DNA of 64,000 nucleotides. Origin: Macrostomum lignano. Lineage: Eukaryota. The stretch covers positions 150,259-214,258 of the forward strand of contig NIVC01002001.1 in NCBI GenBank assembly GCA_002269645.1, written 5' to 3'. The position numbers were made by a program, and so were the translations under genes. Within the stretch, counting starts at the first letter, position 1. The number at the start of each line of letters is the position of its first letter. Below the pieces are notes generated by a model. That model had not been told where the DNA came from and did not search any database. It was given only the letters and a program-made list of their open reading frames with translations. Below are positions 24,652 through 37,582 of this stretch, piece after piece.

Positions 24652-25595
24652 ACAGAGTTTTGTTGCCAATTTGATCTGCTTACTACGCCTAAGATAATGC
24701 TAAACTAAAGCAGTCAGTCTGCCTGACCAAATTGTCTGGGCTTATCAACAGAACAGCTTGGAGATTTGCACGGAATAACACATTGGCCTACGAAGGCTAC
24801 GCTAACTATCGTGGTAAACTTCAATGGAACGTTTCAAAAAACGTTCAATGTATATCTGGTATAGGAAAACGTAGCTACTTAGAGTGGCTGACAGCTCAAC
24901 AACATTTCGACCACTTCCTCATCTTCAGAGCAGCTCACCCAAAGTGAGTGCTTATGAGTGTTTACAGCCGTTAGTCTTGAGAACTAGCCAGGACTTCTCA
25001 TTCGGAGGGGTCGCCACATGTACTTTTACAAACTTTTTGCTTTGATTGATATTCTTACTGTTTCTTGAAATGTTAATTTTTCTCTTTTTCTTGGCGCAAA
25101 ATGCCAGTCTTTTCTCAGGGCATTTTGAACTTCTGCATTCAATAAATCCCGTGCACCATAAATATTCGCACTGCTCATATTTTTTTTTCAAAATCGACCG
25201 TTCAAGAAAGTTCAAAGTACAATAAATAGTGGTTCGACGACATTTGACAAATCTTATCACCCGAAATAAACAGCTTTTGGGGGCAGTTTGGGCTAGAAGG
25301 AAACCACGCGCTGGGTTCTCAGCATCCGAATAATTGTCCAATTATTTTTTATTGTGTCTTGCGACAGAAGAAACTTATCTGTTTTTTTTGTTTAAGTTTT
25401 TTTTCTGGGCCTATCGAATGCAAAACCTGTTGGGAAATCGTCAGCTGTGTATGAATGACCGCTTGCATGACAAATAGCTGGTCCGAGCATAGGTAATTCC
25501 TTAAATAAAATGGGATTCCTGGGTGGAACTGGTCTTTACTCTCGCCTAAAACGTTATTGCAGGTGTAGAAAAAATAGCAATAAGACTGTTGAATC

Positions 25596-28500
25596 ATGAA
25601 GGTGCTGCTCATTGCAGTCATTGCCTGCTTTGTGGCCACTTCCTGCGCTGGTGAGTTACATAAATTCAACTGATTCCACACCTGATTCCTATCTGACACA
25701 CCTGATTCCTATCTGACACACCTGATTCCTATCTGACACACCTGATTCCTATCTGACACACCTGATTCCTATCTGACACACCTGATTCTTATATCTGACA
25801 CACCTGATTCTTATATCTGACACACCTGATTCCTATCTGACACACCTGATTCCTATCTGACACACCTGATTCCTATCTGACACACCTGATTCCTATATCT
25901 GACACACCTGATTCTATATCTGACACACCTGATTCCTATCTGACACACCTGATTCCTATCTGACACACCTGATTCTATATCTGACACACCTGATTCTATA
26001 TCTGACACACCTGATTCTATATCTGACACACCTGATTCCTATCTGACACACCTGATTCCTATCTGACACACCTGATTCTATATCTGACACACCTGATTCC
26101 TATCTGACACACCTGATTCTTATATCTGACACACCTGATTCCTATCTGACACACCTGATTCCTTTATCTGACACACCTGATTCTTATATCTGACACACCT
26201 GATTCCTATCTGACACACCTGATTCATATATCTGACACACCTGATTCCTATATCTGACACACCTGATTCATATATCTGACACACCTGATTCCTATATCTG
26301 ACACACCTGATTCTATATCTGACACACCTGATTCCTTATCTGACACACCTGATTCCTATCTGACACACCTGATTCCTATCTGACACACCTGATTCCTATC
26401 TGACACACCTGATTCCTATCTGACACACCTGATTCCTATCTGACACACCTGATTCCTATCTGACCCACCTGATTCCTATCTGACACACCTGATTCCTATC
26501 TGACACACCTGATTCCTATCTGACACACCTGATTCATATATTTGACACACCTGATTCCTATCTGACACACCTGATTCCTATCTGACACACCTGATTCATA
26601 TATTTGACACACCTGATTCCTATATCTGACACACCTGATTCATATATCTGACACACCTGATTCTTTATCTGACACACCTGATTCCTATCTGACACACCTG
26701 ATTCCTATATCTGACACACCTGATTCTATATCTGACACACCTGATTCCTATCTGACACACCTGATTCTTATATCTGACACACCTGATTCTTATATCTGAC
26801 ACACCTGATTCCTATATCTGACACACCTGATTCCTATATCTGACACACCTGACAGACCACCAGCACGAGCGCGACGCCATCAACTACCTGACCAGCCGCA
26901 TCCCGGAGCTTCGCTCGAAGCAGCCCCTTGCCGGTGCCGCCTGGACCAACGCCCTGTTCAAGATCGTCAAAGAGCTGGACAGCAGTGTCCAGTTCCGCGA
27001 CGTCCTGGCGACCAACAAACCCGCCGAGCCGGTCTCTGCCGAGCCCACCTCGTCCTTCAACTGCCAGCTGACACGCTCGCCGACCAAGCCGACCTCCGCG
27101 CACCGACTGCGACCTGGCGACATCGACGTCATCGCCGCTATGGGAGACTCGCTGACCGCCGCCAACGGCGCCCTGGCCACCAGCATCCTGGGACTGACCA
27201 CTGAGTACCGCGGCTACGCCTGGAGGTGAGATGATCGAGGAAATTTTCTGGACGATGTCTGGACGAGGGGCGCCAGCACCAGGGGCGCCAGCACCAGGGG
27301 CGCCAGCACCAGGGGCGCCAGCACAAATCATTCATTTGGGGTGGACTACAATTAACCAATAGACTATGGAAAAGACGTAGATAGTCTCTTCTATGAATCT
27401 TACACATGCATAATGAATTTACGTTTTTCCAGCAACATTTTGTGCACTTTTATTGCCTAAAATCCTATCAAAACATGGCAAATATTAAATAAACTCGTCA
27501 CTTCAGCATCGGAGGTGAAGCGTCACTGCGCCAGCACACCACCCTGGCCAGTAAGTGAAAATTACTAATCAATAAATTCTAAACTAAAAATATCCAAGTT
27601 ACCAAACTATAAATTAACATATTTCACTTTTAAAGACATTCTGAAGGACCAAAACAGCAGACTGTATGGCTACTCCACTGGCAAAGGTGCCATCTCGAGT
27701 TCAGCTGCCGTGCTCAATGTTGCCGTTCCCGGAAATGTTGCCTCGTGAGTTGAACCTAAAAACCAATTCCTCGAATCAGAGCCAGAGGTGAAGACCTGAT
27801 AACTTAGCTTTGATTGGTCTAATTTCACCCCATTGTAGTCACGTTCCCGGTCAGGCCCGCCTACTAGTTGAGAAGCTGAAATCCGATTCTCGGGTGAACT
27901 ATAACAACGACTGGAAGCTGATCACCCTGCTCATTGGTGGCAACGATGTGTGCGCTTACTGCAAGGACAAGGTGAGCTTACTGATAGAGGGCTTGCGACT
28001 ATGAGGACCTTCAGATCATTCAGATTTGAAGGTAGCCTCTCCAGTTATCATAGACTTGAAGGTAGCCTCTCCAGTTATCAAAGACTTGAAGGTAGCCTCT
28101 CCAGTTATCAAAGACTTGAAGGTAGCCTCTCCAGTTATCAAAGACTTGAAGGTAGCCTCTCCAGTTATCAAAGACTTGAAGGTAGCCTCTCCAGTTATCA
28201 AAGACTTGAAGGTAGCCTCTCCAGTTATCAAAGACTTGAAGGTAGCCTCTCCAGTTATCAAAGACTTGAAGGTAGCCTCTCCAGTTATCAAAGACTTGAA
28301 GGTAGCCTCTCCAGTTATCAAAGACTTGAAGGTAGCCTCTCCAGTTATCAAAGACTTGAAGGTAGCCTCTCCAGTTATCAAAGATTTGAAGGTAGCTTCT
28401 TCAAATGATCAGACTTAAGGTAAAGACTTACTTAAGTTTACATCGTCAAAGTCTCTCACACACTGCAGAGAGCATTCAGCGCTGACAACTACATCAGGTA

Positions 28501-29443
28501 CATTCGTGAGGCTCTCGACTACCTACACGCCAACGTGCCCAGGGCTTTCGTCAACGTAGCCGAAGTTCTCGACGTCTCCCTGGTCAAGGAACTCAAGGAC
28601 GGCAGCGCGATCTGCGGAGTGCTTCAGGGCTCCCTGCTATGCAAATGCGGCGCCTTCCCTGAGAACGAGGCCGAGGAGCGCGACGTCAAGACCATCATCG
28701 GCGAGTACCAGGCCCGACTGCGTCAGCTGGTCGACTCTGGTCGATACGACACTCGCGAGGACTTCACCGTGGTGACTCAGCCGTTCCTCAGGAACAGCAA
28801 GCCGCCGAGGATCAACGTGAGTCTTTGTTTATTGGTCGGGTGATGCAAGCAGCTCATTAATTTGTGTCCTGCTGCGCTTTCGAGAAAGATAAGTCTTTTC
28901 AGCATGCACTTTTAACCACTTCTTACCAACTCTAGGGCGTGTACGACCAGTCCTACCTGGCTCCCGACTGCTTCCACTTCAGCCGGAAGGGTCACGATGA
29001 GACCGGCAAGGCCCTGTGGAACAACATGGTGAGCGGTTTAATTCAAAGGAAAAAGAGATTCGAATTCGAATTGACGTCACCGTTTTCTGTAAAGATTGCT
29101 GGTTGTTGTGTCATCTTGCTAGTGTCAAGTGAAGTTTATCAGAAGTGGGGATTAAACCAAAGGATTGTAAGGAGTGAGCATTATCAAGTGAAAGATTGTC
29201 AGGAGTAAGGCTAATTTCTGTTTATAAATTCGCATAAATTGTCACACTTTTCAGCTCGAACCGGTCGGTCGGAAGGCGACCGAGTGGAATATTGGAGGCC
29301 CTTTCAAGTGCCCGACTTCGGTAAGAGGATTAATAAAGCTAGAAGCTCGTATTTAGTAATTTCTGAAATTTTTCCAATCACATAAAAGTTATTTTAATTA
29401 ACATTTTCAGTCGAGGCCGTACTTTGCTACCAGGAAGAATTGA
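25596..29443 (+). CDS. PLB1-like: Secreted phospholipase B1-like GDSL/SGNH lipase, copy 3 (9 exons, intact)
   Basis: Exons 25596-25650, 26856-27225, 27507-27550, 27636-27744, 27839-27971, 28469-28816, 28936-29028, 29255-29320 and 29411-29443. GT-AG sites throughout, a signal peptide, and GDSL, GGND and DCFH motifs. Confidence 0.92.
25672..26853. repeat. 20-22-bp minisatellite (tatctgacacacctgattcc) filling PLB copy 3 intron 1
   Basis: About 55 units, ending in the acceptor cacctgacag. Confidence 0.95.
28022..28398. repeat. 30-bp minisatellite (gacttgaaggtagcctctccagttatcaaa) in PLB copy 3 intron 5
   Basis: About 12.5 near-perfect units, absent from the same intron in copies 1 and 2. Confidence 0.95.
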
Positions 29444-32400
29444 TGCGCCCAACCCAGCTCATGGCTTTCTGTGATGATTTTTTCAGCCAAGTTCCAATTT
29501 CAACTTGGAACTTTGTGCTTGTAGTTGCAGTTTAAAACTAAATTATAAGCGTTTAAAATATAACTGAGTACTGGAACAGTTCAACAATTATAATTAATTG
29601 ATATCAATAATCTCGGATTCAATCAAGTTTTGCATCCTCAATTGGGACAATCACTGGAAATTCTAGCGCTTAATGAAATTACGAATGACATGGCATCAAG
29701 TAACCTTGAGTCCAAATGCTCTACAAATGATGGACAAAGTAAAAATTTGTTGCTCGGGTAAATTACGCATTACGGAGTGCATAAACATAGTAGGTTCAAT
29801 TAAAAAAAAGCCAATGAAAATGGAGCACACTTTCCGAGTCAACCAGAAAACGCAATCAGTTATTTTAATTACCAGTTATGGTGCTTTCCTAATTTAATCC
29901 AATCTGCCTGTTCCCCTTCTCCATGTCAAAAGTGTTAAGCCAGCGGAGATTATCGGCAGCTTAAACTCTGCTAACCACAGACAAACTTTAACTTGATAGT
30001 GCACGTACATTTAACAGAACAAAAGTCAGTCACACAGAACGTCAAAACGGCAAACAAGTGTATTTCAGTTTGTTTAGTTAATGTTGAACACTGACGTTTG
30101 TCGGTGAACCAAAATTGACAGTGGTTGGGCCATAGAAATTTAGCACTGTTCTTTGAGGTTTTAGGTTGATTCTAAAGTGGTGTAGTTCGTCCATTTCATT
30201 CTTAAACACCGCTCTCTCTATTAGATTGGCAATGATCAGTGCTCATTACTCGGAACTGGAAACTACAAAATTTGACGCCGATCTATCAATAACTTTGTCC
30301 TCGAAAGGCACTACTTGGATTTACAAGCAGGTCTGTGTCCGAATACAGAATAGTCTGTGCACACCGACGGTTAACTACGTCGCCATGCGTCATGCTAAAC
30401 CCCTTCGTAACTGATTCACAAGACATTGTGCCTTGCTGTATCGAGTAAAGGCTGCAAGGACAGATACAGCCAAGAGTAGCAAATAATTCAATTGATTAAA
30501 AGGAACCAATTGTGATTTTCAGCTGTTTGTTCACTTTTTATTTTGCTCACATACAAGTCTTATCACGTAACCCGGGCTGCATGAGAACACCTGTGCAACC
30601 CCTAGGCTCTGGCGCTGAAAGGTACAACCACCAGGTCTCGTTCCTTAGACTTCGTCCGCCTCTGGATGGTGCGGTAGCTGACGTTGAGGCCAAGATCGCG
30701 TTATCTAGACAGCGGGCCCAGGTCGTTTGAATGAGCATCGCCAGAGATGTGGCCGCCACCCAGTTACCTGTGCGGGAGTTCACCCGCGGTAAAAGACTCT
30801 CACTAGTGAGACGGGACTCTCGGTCTGTAACAGACGAAGGTTTTTGACTCCAACTGAACTAGAAATGGCCGATTGGGGGACTCTGTGCGAGGCATACAAA
30901 GGACAGCTAGTCTAGTCAGTGCTGGAAACGATCGGACTTTTGCATAGCGGGATCTTAGCGATTCTGGACTGCGATTCCCTCCTCAGCCCCAGGATCCAGG
31001 ATCCCAAGGATGTATGATAGAAGGTAAACGCCATTGTGACGTTGCTAGTTTAAGTGGTCCCGCAAAAGGGCCGTTGGACTATAGTTTCCCTTGTAATTGC
31101 TCATATTAATTTCTCCAATAGTTTATTTTAACGTTTACTTATAGTAGCGTGCAAATAATCTGTATCAACTGCTATTTCACTGTGTATTTGGTAGGCCTTG
31201 CGCTCGTCTGTGAATTTTGGCACGATCGATAATTTTAAGTTCTCTCGCCAGCCAATGAAAACCACTTGTGCTTCGCGCTACCCCCTCTGCGCTCCTTTAT
31301 TAAACCCCCGCCTGGCGGCGGGCACTCCTCACTCCCTGTGTGTCCTTGGCCTTGTGTGTGTTTTTGCGTTCTTGTCTGGCTGCCTCGAGCCTCCTTATTT
31401 CTCGCCACGGCCCCTCTGTCTGGGCCAGCCTACTCACACGCTTACTTGACTGTCTCACGCCACGGCTGACGCCAATCTCGCCACTGCTACTCACTGCCTC
31501 CACTGTGCTCATTGCCATTGCTCACCACGTTACGTCGCCATTGCATCATTCGCCTGTCACTTGACTTCATATCCAAATTATATTCAACCCATTGTTGCAG
31601 CCGCCAGTGCCCAGGAGCTATAGTTTGTGTATTGCCAGTAACAACCAAACCTAATATTGATATTAACAATAAAAACAACTACGGCAGTTTCCTGCCTTTA
31701 TTGCCGAGTGCTCCGCTACACCATCCGCTTTGCAAGGGTTGATTTTAACTTATTTTGGGACTACGACTTACTGCAACGCTTGTTAAAACGGCCCTTTTAA
31801 GGGTCACAGCCATAGTTAGCCGCTACGCCAACATCAATAATCGTGACACCATTATAATTTCCTTCCTCCCAGATGGTTTCAATGCGGCAGGGGATTGGGT
31901 TTTGTTACCGCTATGATTATTTGGTTATACTCTGATCCTCAACTTCTATTCCGCCTTGCGACAGGCACAATAGCTCTCTACTCACACTTCATGCCAAGAC
32001 TCGTGGTAAATAAGTACAGACAGAAGCAACAAAGAGTTGAATGGCTAATACCCTGCTGCATTTGCTGGCCCTAAACTTGGCCCTAACAGTTCAGGTAATT
32101 ATGATATTATAACGGAATATCTTTAAAGTTAATAGTGAAAGATTAGATGGTGATCACCATGGGGGCGACCGGGCTGACGATACCCAAGGGCAGCGCAACG
32201 TGATCGATAATGGGAGTTTACGAACATGTACATGTAACAGGCGGGAAAAAGCTTGGGCCGGGAGATTGTAAGGGGTCCGTAGAGCTGTCACGCGCATGAT
32301 TGATCTCGAACAATAGAAAAGGAGGTTGGGATTTGGTGCTCGGGGAGTGGGGTGAAACGATCAAGGAACACTGTAGTAGAGTGGTACCTACTACAGATAC

Positions 32401-32565
32401 CTAAACAGACCTAAACAAAACTGGTACCTAAACAGATATTACCTACTACAGTGGTCTTTGGGAGCGATAAGCATGAGTCATTGCCCCATCCCAACGAGTC
32501 ATCCCGGGGGTAACAGGAATTAAGGGAGGAATCCAGGGTCCACAAAACTAGTGAGGGGCGTGCCT

Positions 32566-32600
<35 letters not shown>
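32566..32600. repeat. (CAGA)n microsatellite
   Basis: About 8.5 units. Confidence 0.9.
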
Positions 32601-33729
32601 TCACTTACATGTACTTGATTTTTATCCTCCTAAATTATACTTGCTTGAATTGTGCATCTGCACGTTGCTCAATTTTTACTTAACATTGTAACGCCGAGTT
32701 TTATGTTATAAGCTATAATTGTGCTGTATCATGATTGTTTGTTTGTCTGCTCGATCAAATCAACAGCAAAAATGACAAACCATGCATGCATAAGAAGCTA
32801 ATTAATTAACTTTTTGTGATTCTAAAAAAATAATAGCTATAAAAGATCGACTTTTTACTTTTTAGACTTGCACGATGATTAATTGCCCGTTCAGGATCAG
32901 GGGTCCGACAGCGAATTAAGCGCCGCTCTGTTACTGTACATCACTTTACCAGGGCCATGCCTACCAGCCAAGTTGACAGCCTTTTCGTCAGATGACGGTT
33001 TTCTAGAAGGTCAAACCAATCAAGTTCACTGTAAATTTACGGTATACCTGTACCTGTATGAGCAATTTGTTGAAATTTAATCAAACTACTGCATGCGTTG
33101 CTCTCACTTTGCCGCATTCATTTTCACTACTGCAATGTAACGCTTTCCGAACTTGTAAACAATTTTAAAAAATAGTTATGTATTACTTTTGTATTTATAG
33201 AGTCAAAACAGTCTATTTAGCCAAGATTTGTTGATTTCTCAAAGATTAAGTTGGAATTGCAATTTCTGTGTAAAAGCATTTGTTTTTTTGTTTAACAATT
33301 TAAAATATCGAATTATTAACTTTTAGAGCAGCTGCTAGCTAACTTGTGCATATTATAATATGAAAACTTAAGACTGACTTTTAAATTGCTAACTTAATTT
33401 AAAGAACTTTTTGGAATTTGAATCTAAACTTAACTTGTTCTCGATCAAAGCCCCATAGTAGGATAGAACATGGTTCTTTCTGCCATTTAAACTATGCCTA
33501 TATCTTATATGTATTTGTGATTCACTAAATTGTATCTTTTCTTTATGATTATGCCTAGGCTTAAAAAAGCAAGATTCCAAATTATTATTATAACTAAGGA
33601 ATGAAGAACCTATGCCAAATACTAGAGACTTCAATGCCAGATACTTCAAAGTTCAATATCATTTCACTTACAGTGTTTTGACTGTAGGAGTACTGGTTGT
33701 GCATGAAACTCAATTCATGTATATTAGTT

Positions 33730-35255
33730 GCAGATGGCTAGGGCCTAATCATTGTAGCTAGGCAAAAGTTTTTTATTTGAAACTAAGAGGAGGCTGGTAT
33801 TACAGCAAGTGGACTTTGACAATGTGGGACTTGGGACATAGGCCTAGAATACAATAGAAAGCATAGAATAACTTGGGCTTGAACACCCTAACATGTCCTT
33901 GTGAAAAAGGCATATTGTAAGTTGCATGGAAATAGCATGGAAGCAATAGATATTAGAGCAACAGTTATGCAGTAGATTTCATGGTGTATATAATAAAGCA
34001 ATCAACAAAAATATATCCAAACCTAAACTGTAACAATAATAATATAAATGAGTTTGTATTGATTGTTGATGGTAGGATCAAGTGGTATATATTGTCACAT
34101 AGTATATTGTTTCAATGGCCCTGGCAGCTGCTTTATTCATAGGCCTAACAAAGTCCTTTATTTGATCAGCCTATTGGATGAAGTCTATGATGTCTATAAC
34201 TGGCAGAAGTTCTTTGGTTTAGAATGCTTTGAGTAGGCCTACCCGTTGCTAAGTTTATAGGCAACATATCCTAGCAACCAAAGTCAGGAAGGTGGCACAG
34301 TGTATGCCAGAATACATTTTTTGGGATGATCTATGCACCGTCTGTGCACCATGTTTGTGCCCTTATTTTATATAATTTACATAAGTTTATAGGCAATAGA
34401 CAAATTTACAAAATTCTTAGAATTCATGTAGACTTAATATGATACACTAGTTTTATGCTAATAAAGATTCTACTTTGATTCCTTATGTACCAAAGTTGTA
34501 CACAGCACCACATATGTCAAAGACCTTATATGCCGCATGTGCTAAGGACCCCAGTGTGTGCCATGATTGTGCACTACATGCGCCAGGGACCTCAGTATGC
34601 GCCAAGTGTGCCAAGGACCCCTTGTGTACGCCAGAATTTTCCATGTCAAAGGCTACCTTCTTGACTATGGCATGGCCTAGCAATTAAAGCCAACTTGATC
34701 ATCTCTTCTTTAGGGCTCTCCACCATCTTCAATGAATCAAAATTGCAATGATTGGCAGCTTTATATAGTCTATTTAGAAAGTCCAACAATACTTCACCTT
34801 CATTCTGTTGCAGAGTAGAATTTTGTGTGCTTTACTAATATAATTCAGGTCTTAGGCTGCAAGTAAGCTGTGATGGCCTCTTGTATTGCGTGTGTCTCAA
34901 TAGCTTTTGGAGCAAGTAGAGCTATGAGCTTCTCTAGTATTGGCAAGCCACAAATGGCAATGAAATTATCTACAATCTGTTTTCTATCTTCATTATCTTG
35001 CCATTGTTTTGCTTAGGCAAGGGAATAAAATGCTGTCAGCCAAGTCTGTATGATCTGGTTCAGCTAGATTTTAATGTTTGAAATGTTGTAATGCTATTAT
35101 TTTTGTAACTGTAGGATATACTAGTTGTATAGAAAACTTAACTCATATTATTCACAGATGGCTAATCATTGTAGCCATGCAAAGTTTTTTATTTGAAACT
35201 AAGAGGAGGTTAGTATTATAGCAAGTGGACTTTGACAATATAGGACTTGGGACAT
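33730..35255 (+). repeat. Dispersed ~110-bp imperfect direct repeat (33730-33840 and 35155-35255)
   Basis: Both copies share cagatggcta..atcattgtagc..tttttatttgaaactaagaggagg..gcaagtggactttgacaat..ggacttgggacat. Confidence 0.8.
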
Positions 35256-36583
35256 TGAATATACACTAGGCCTAATACTTAGTTATATACATGACATGTA
35301 TATATTATGCATCATGCATGCTTAAGTGCTTAGTGCTTATGATTAAGTTAAGCTACTTTGAATGATAATACTTTCTAGTTTTGTTTTAAGTAACATTGAT
35401 AAATGAGTGTTAATATTTTTAATAGCCAATCCTATATAATATTTTGTTATACTTATAGGCCTGACTATTTTGTATTTTGTAAATTTATATTTTTTATATG
35501 AATTTAATTAGGTAAATTGACAAAAAATTATCTAAATTGAGTTATATAGGTATATATTTTTTTTCCTATATTATTATAAAAAAAATATATATAGGATTTA
35601 TTTAATTATATATATTTCCCAAGATATGAAAGAGGTTTCAGTTGTATTGTTGACAAGTCATTTTAGTAACAGTTTGCTGTTTGAATAACAAATATGCATT
35701 TTGGTGATAAGTTAGGCCTTAATTCAGTGACAAACACACTTCACATTTTGGTAACACATAAACATAGAGGCAAAAAGAATAAGATTGAGAAAGCAACAAG
35801 GTTGGGAAAAGTTACAATAAGTTCAATAAATATGAAAGATTGTAATTCTATAAAGTAAATAAACAAAATTAAATAAATCATTACTTTACCATTTTATTTT
35901 AGCAAACATCTTAAATTTAAGCTTTATTTAACTTAGGATGGGCAAGATAACTTTATGCTTGAAACTGCTGTAAAATAGCTGTAACCAAAAAGGTCTTCTT
36001 GTCATCAAAATGACTTGCTTGTCATCAAAACAACTGTCACCAAAATGACTATAATCCTATAAAAAAGGCCTATTCTTAGAATAAAACAAGATTTTTAGTT
36101 TATCACTAAATATATATATTAGTGTATATATACCATATAAGTATTTAATTTTAAAAGAAAGAACAATTCTTTGCAACTTTCCATTTTTTTATAAAGCTTC
36201 TTCTTGCTCTGGTACCAAATTGTCTGAAAACAAAAATATCTAACATAGAAAAACAAAAGACTGATATAAGTTTGAACTGCTTGCCTGAGTAGGCACACAC
36301 AAGTGTATTAAACTTCACTGTGCCTTGGGCATTGATTGTATCAGCAGACTCAAGGAAAGGTTGCTATTTAACTCCAAAATGAATTTTACTGCACTTGGAA
36401 TCTAGCCTGGGCCACTGGCACATCAGAGCGGCATGCTCGTCCACTGGGCTACAACCCTCATGTGTCATTAATAGCTGACTACTGATTGCTTTGTTTTGAA
36501 CTGACCCTGTCTTATTTTGAAATGTTCCACTTTGTTTTGAACTGACCCTGTCTTTTTTGAAATGTTCCAGCTCAACAATCAGC

Positions 36584-37042
36584 ATGTCGCTAATCATCCC
36601 GGGAAACTTCAAGCACATCATCCGCATATCCAACACTAACATCGATGGCAAGGTGATGGCTCGGACAGCCTTCACTTCCATCAAGGGTGTGGGCAGGCGC
36701 TACTCTGACCTGGTGTGCAAGCGCGCCGGGATCTCGCGCGACAGACGCGCCGGCCAGCTGTCCGACGACGAGATCGAGCAGGCGGTGACTATCATCATGA
36801 ACCCGCAGCAGTTCAAGATCCCGCACTGGGTGCTGAACCGGCAGAAGGACATCAAGGATATGAAGCACCGGCACGTCATCAGCAACCAGCTGGACACTAA
36901 ACTGCGCGAGGATCTGGAACGGCTCAAACGTGTGCGCGCCCACCGGGGCCTGCGTCACTACTGGACCCTGCGCGTGCGCGGTCAGCACACCAAGACCACC
37001 GGCCGCCGCGGTCGCACCGTCGGAGTGTCCAAGAAGAAGTAA
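36584..37042 (+). CDS. RPS18: 40S ribosomal protein S18 (uS13), intronless CDS, divergent
   Basis: 152 aa, from MSLIIP to [18 protein letters not shown] and [23 protein letters not shown]. An acceptor-like ttccag lies 13 nt upstream of the ATG, and AATAAA is at 37159-37164. Confidence 0.95.
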   Translation: MSLIIPGNFKHIIRISNTNIDGKVMARTAFTSIKGVGRRYSDLVCKRAGISRDRRAGQLSDDEIEQAVTIIMNPQQFKIPHWVLNRQKDIKDMKHRHVISNQLDTKLREDLERLKRVRAHRGLRHYWTLRVRGQHTKTTGRRGRTVGVSKKK

Positions 37043-37582
37043 GAAGAAATGACAAACAACTATTCATCTCCTTGAGCTGTTCTGAATTTCTAAGCAAACT
37101 AAGCAGACTGTGGAGTGTTTCTGCCTGTGCAGGAATTAATTGTGGGTGGAAATTTTTAAATAAATTTCGGCCATGGTCTCTGACTAACGATCCGGTAACG
37201 CTTTGATCAACTGGCAAACAATTTTTGGAAGCAAGAAAAAAATCAATATTGATGTTGTGTTTTGCAATATGACTTCTTCTTTCTTGTTAAACTCAAATCT
37301 TTAACATCTTCCCTGACACCTCACTGTCTTCCCGAACACCCCACTGTCTTCCCTGACACCCCATTATCTTCCCGGACACCTCACTGTCTTCCCGGACACC
37401 TCACTCTTCCCTGACACCCCTTCATCTTCCCGGACACCTCACTGTCTTCCCTGACACCTCACTGTCTTCCCTGACTTACTTTGACTTAGCTGCAGGGTGG
37501 TCCGTAGACACAGCGGGGAGGCGAGGGTCGCCCATTCCGCTAGCCCCTGAAGGCCCGCAGACAGGCAGAGGCGTGGGGCCGG

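Noticed and set aside
11741-28418. ORFs with (MSQVGIRL)n, (YLPT)n and ([10 protein letters not shown])n
   Set aside because: They are translations of PLB intronic arrays.
11630-29443. A single multi-domain PLB1 gene like the vertebrate one
   Set aside because: Each unit has its own signal-peptide exon and terminal stop exon.
30420-31760. Possible retroelement relics or a solo LTR
   Set aside because: The sequence is GC-richer than its flanks, but I found no recognisable domain, terminal repeat or TSD.
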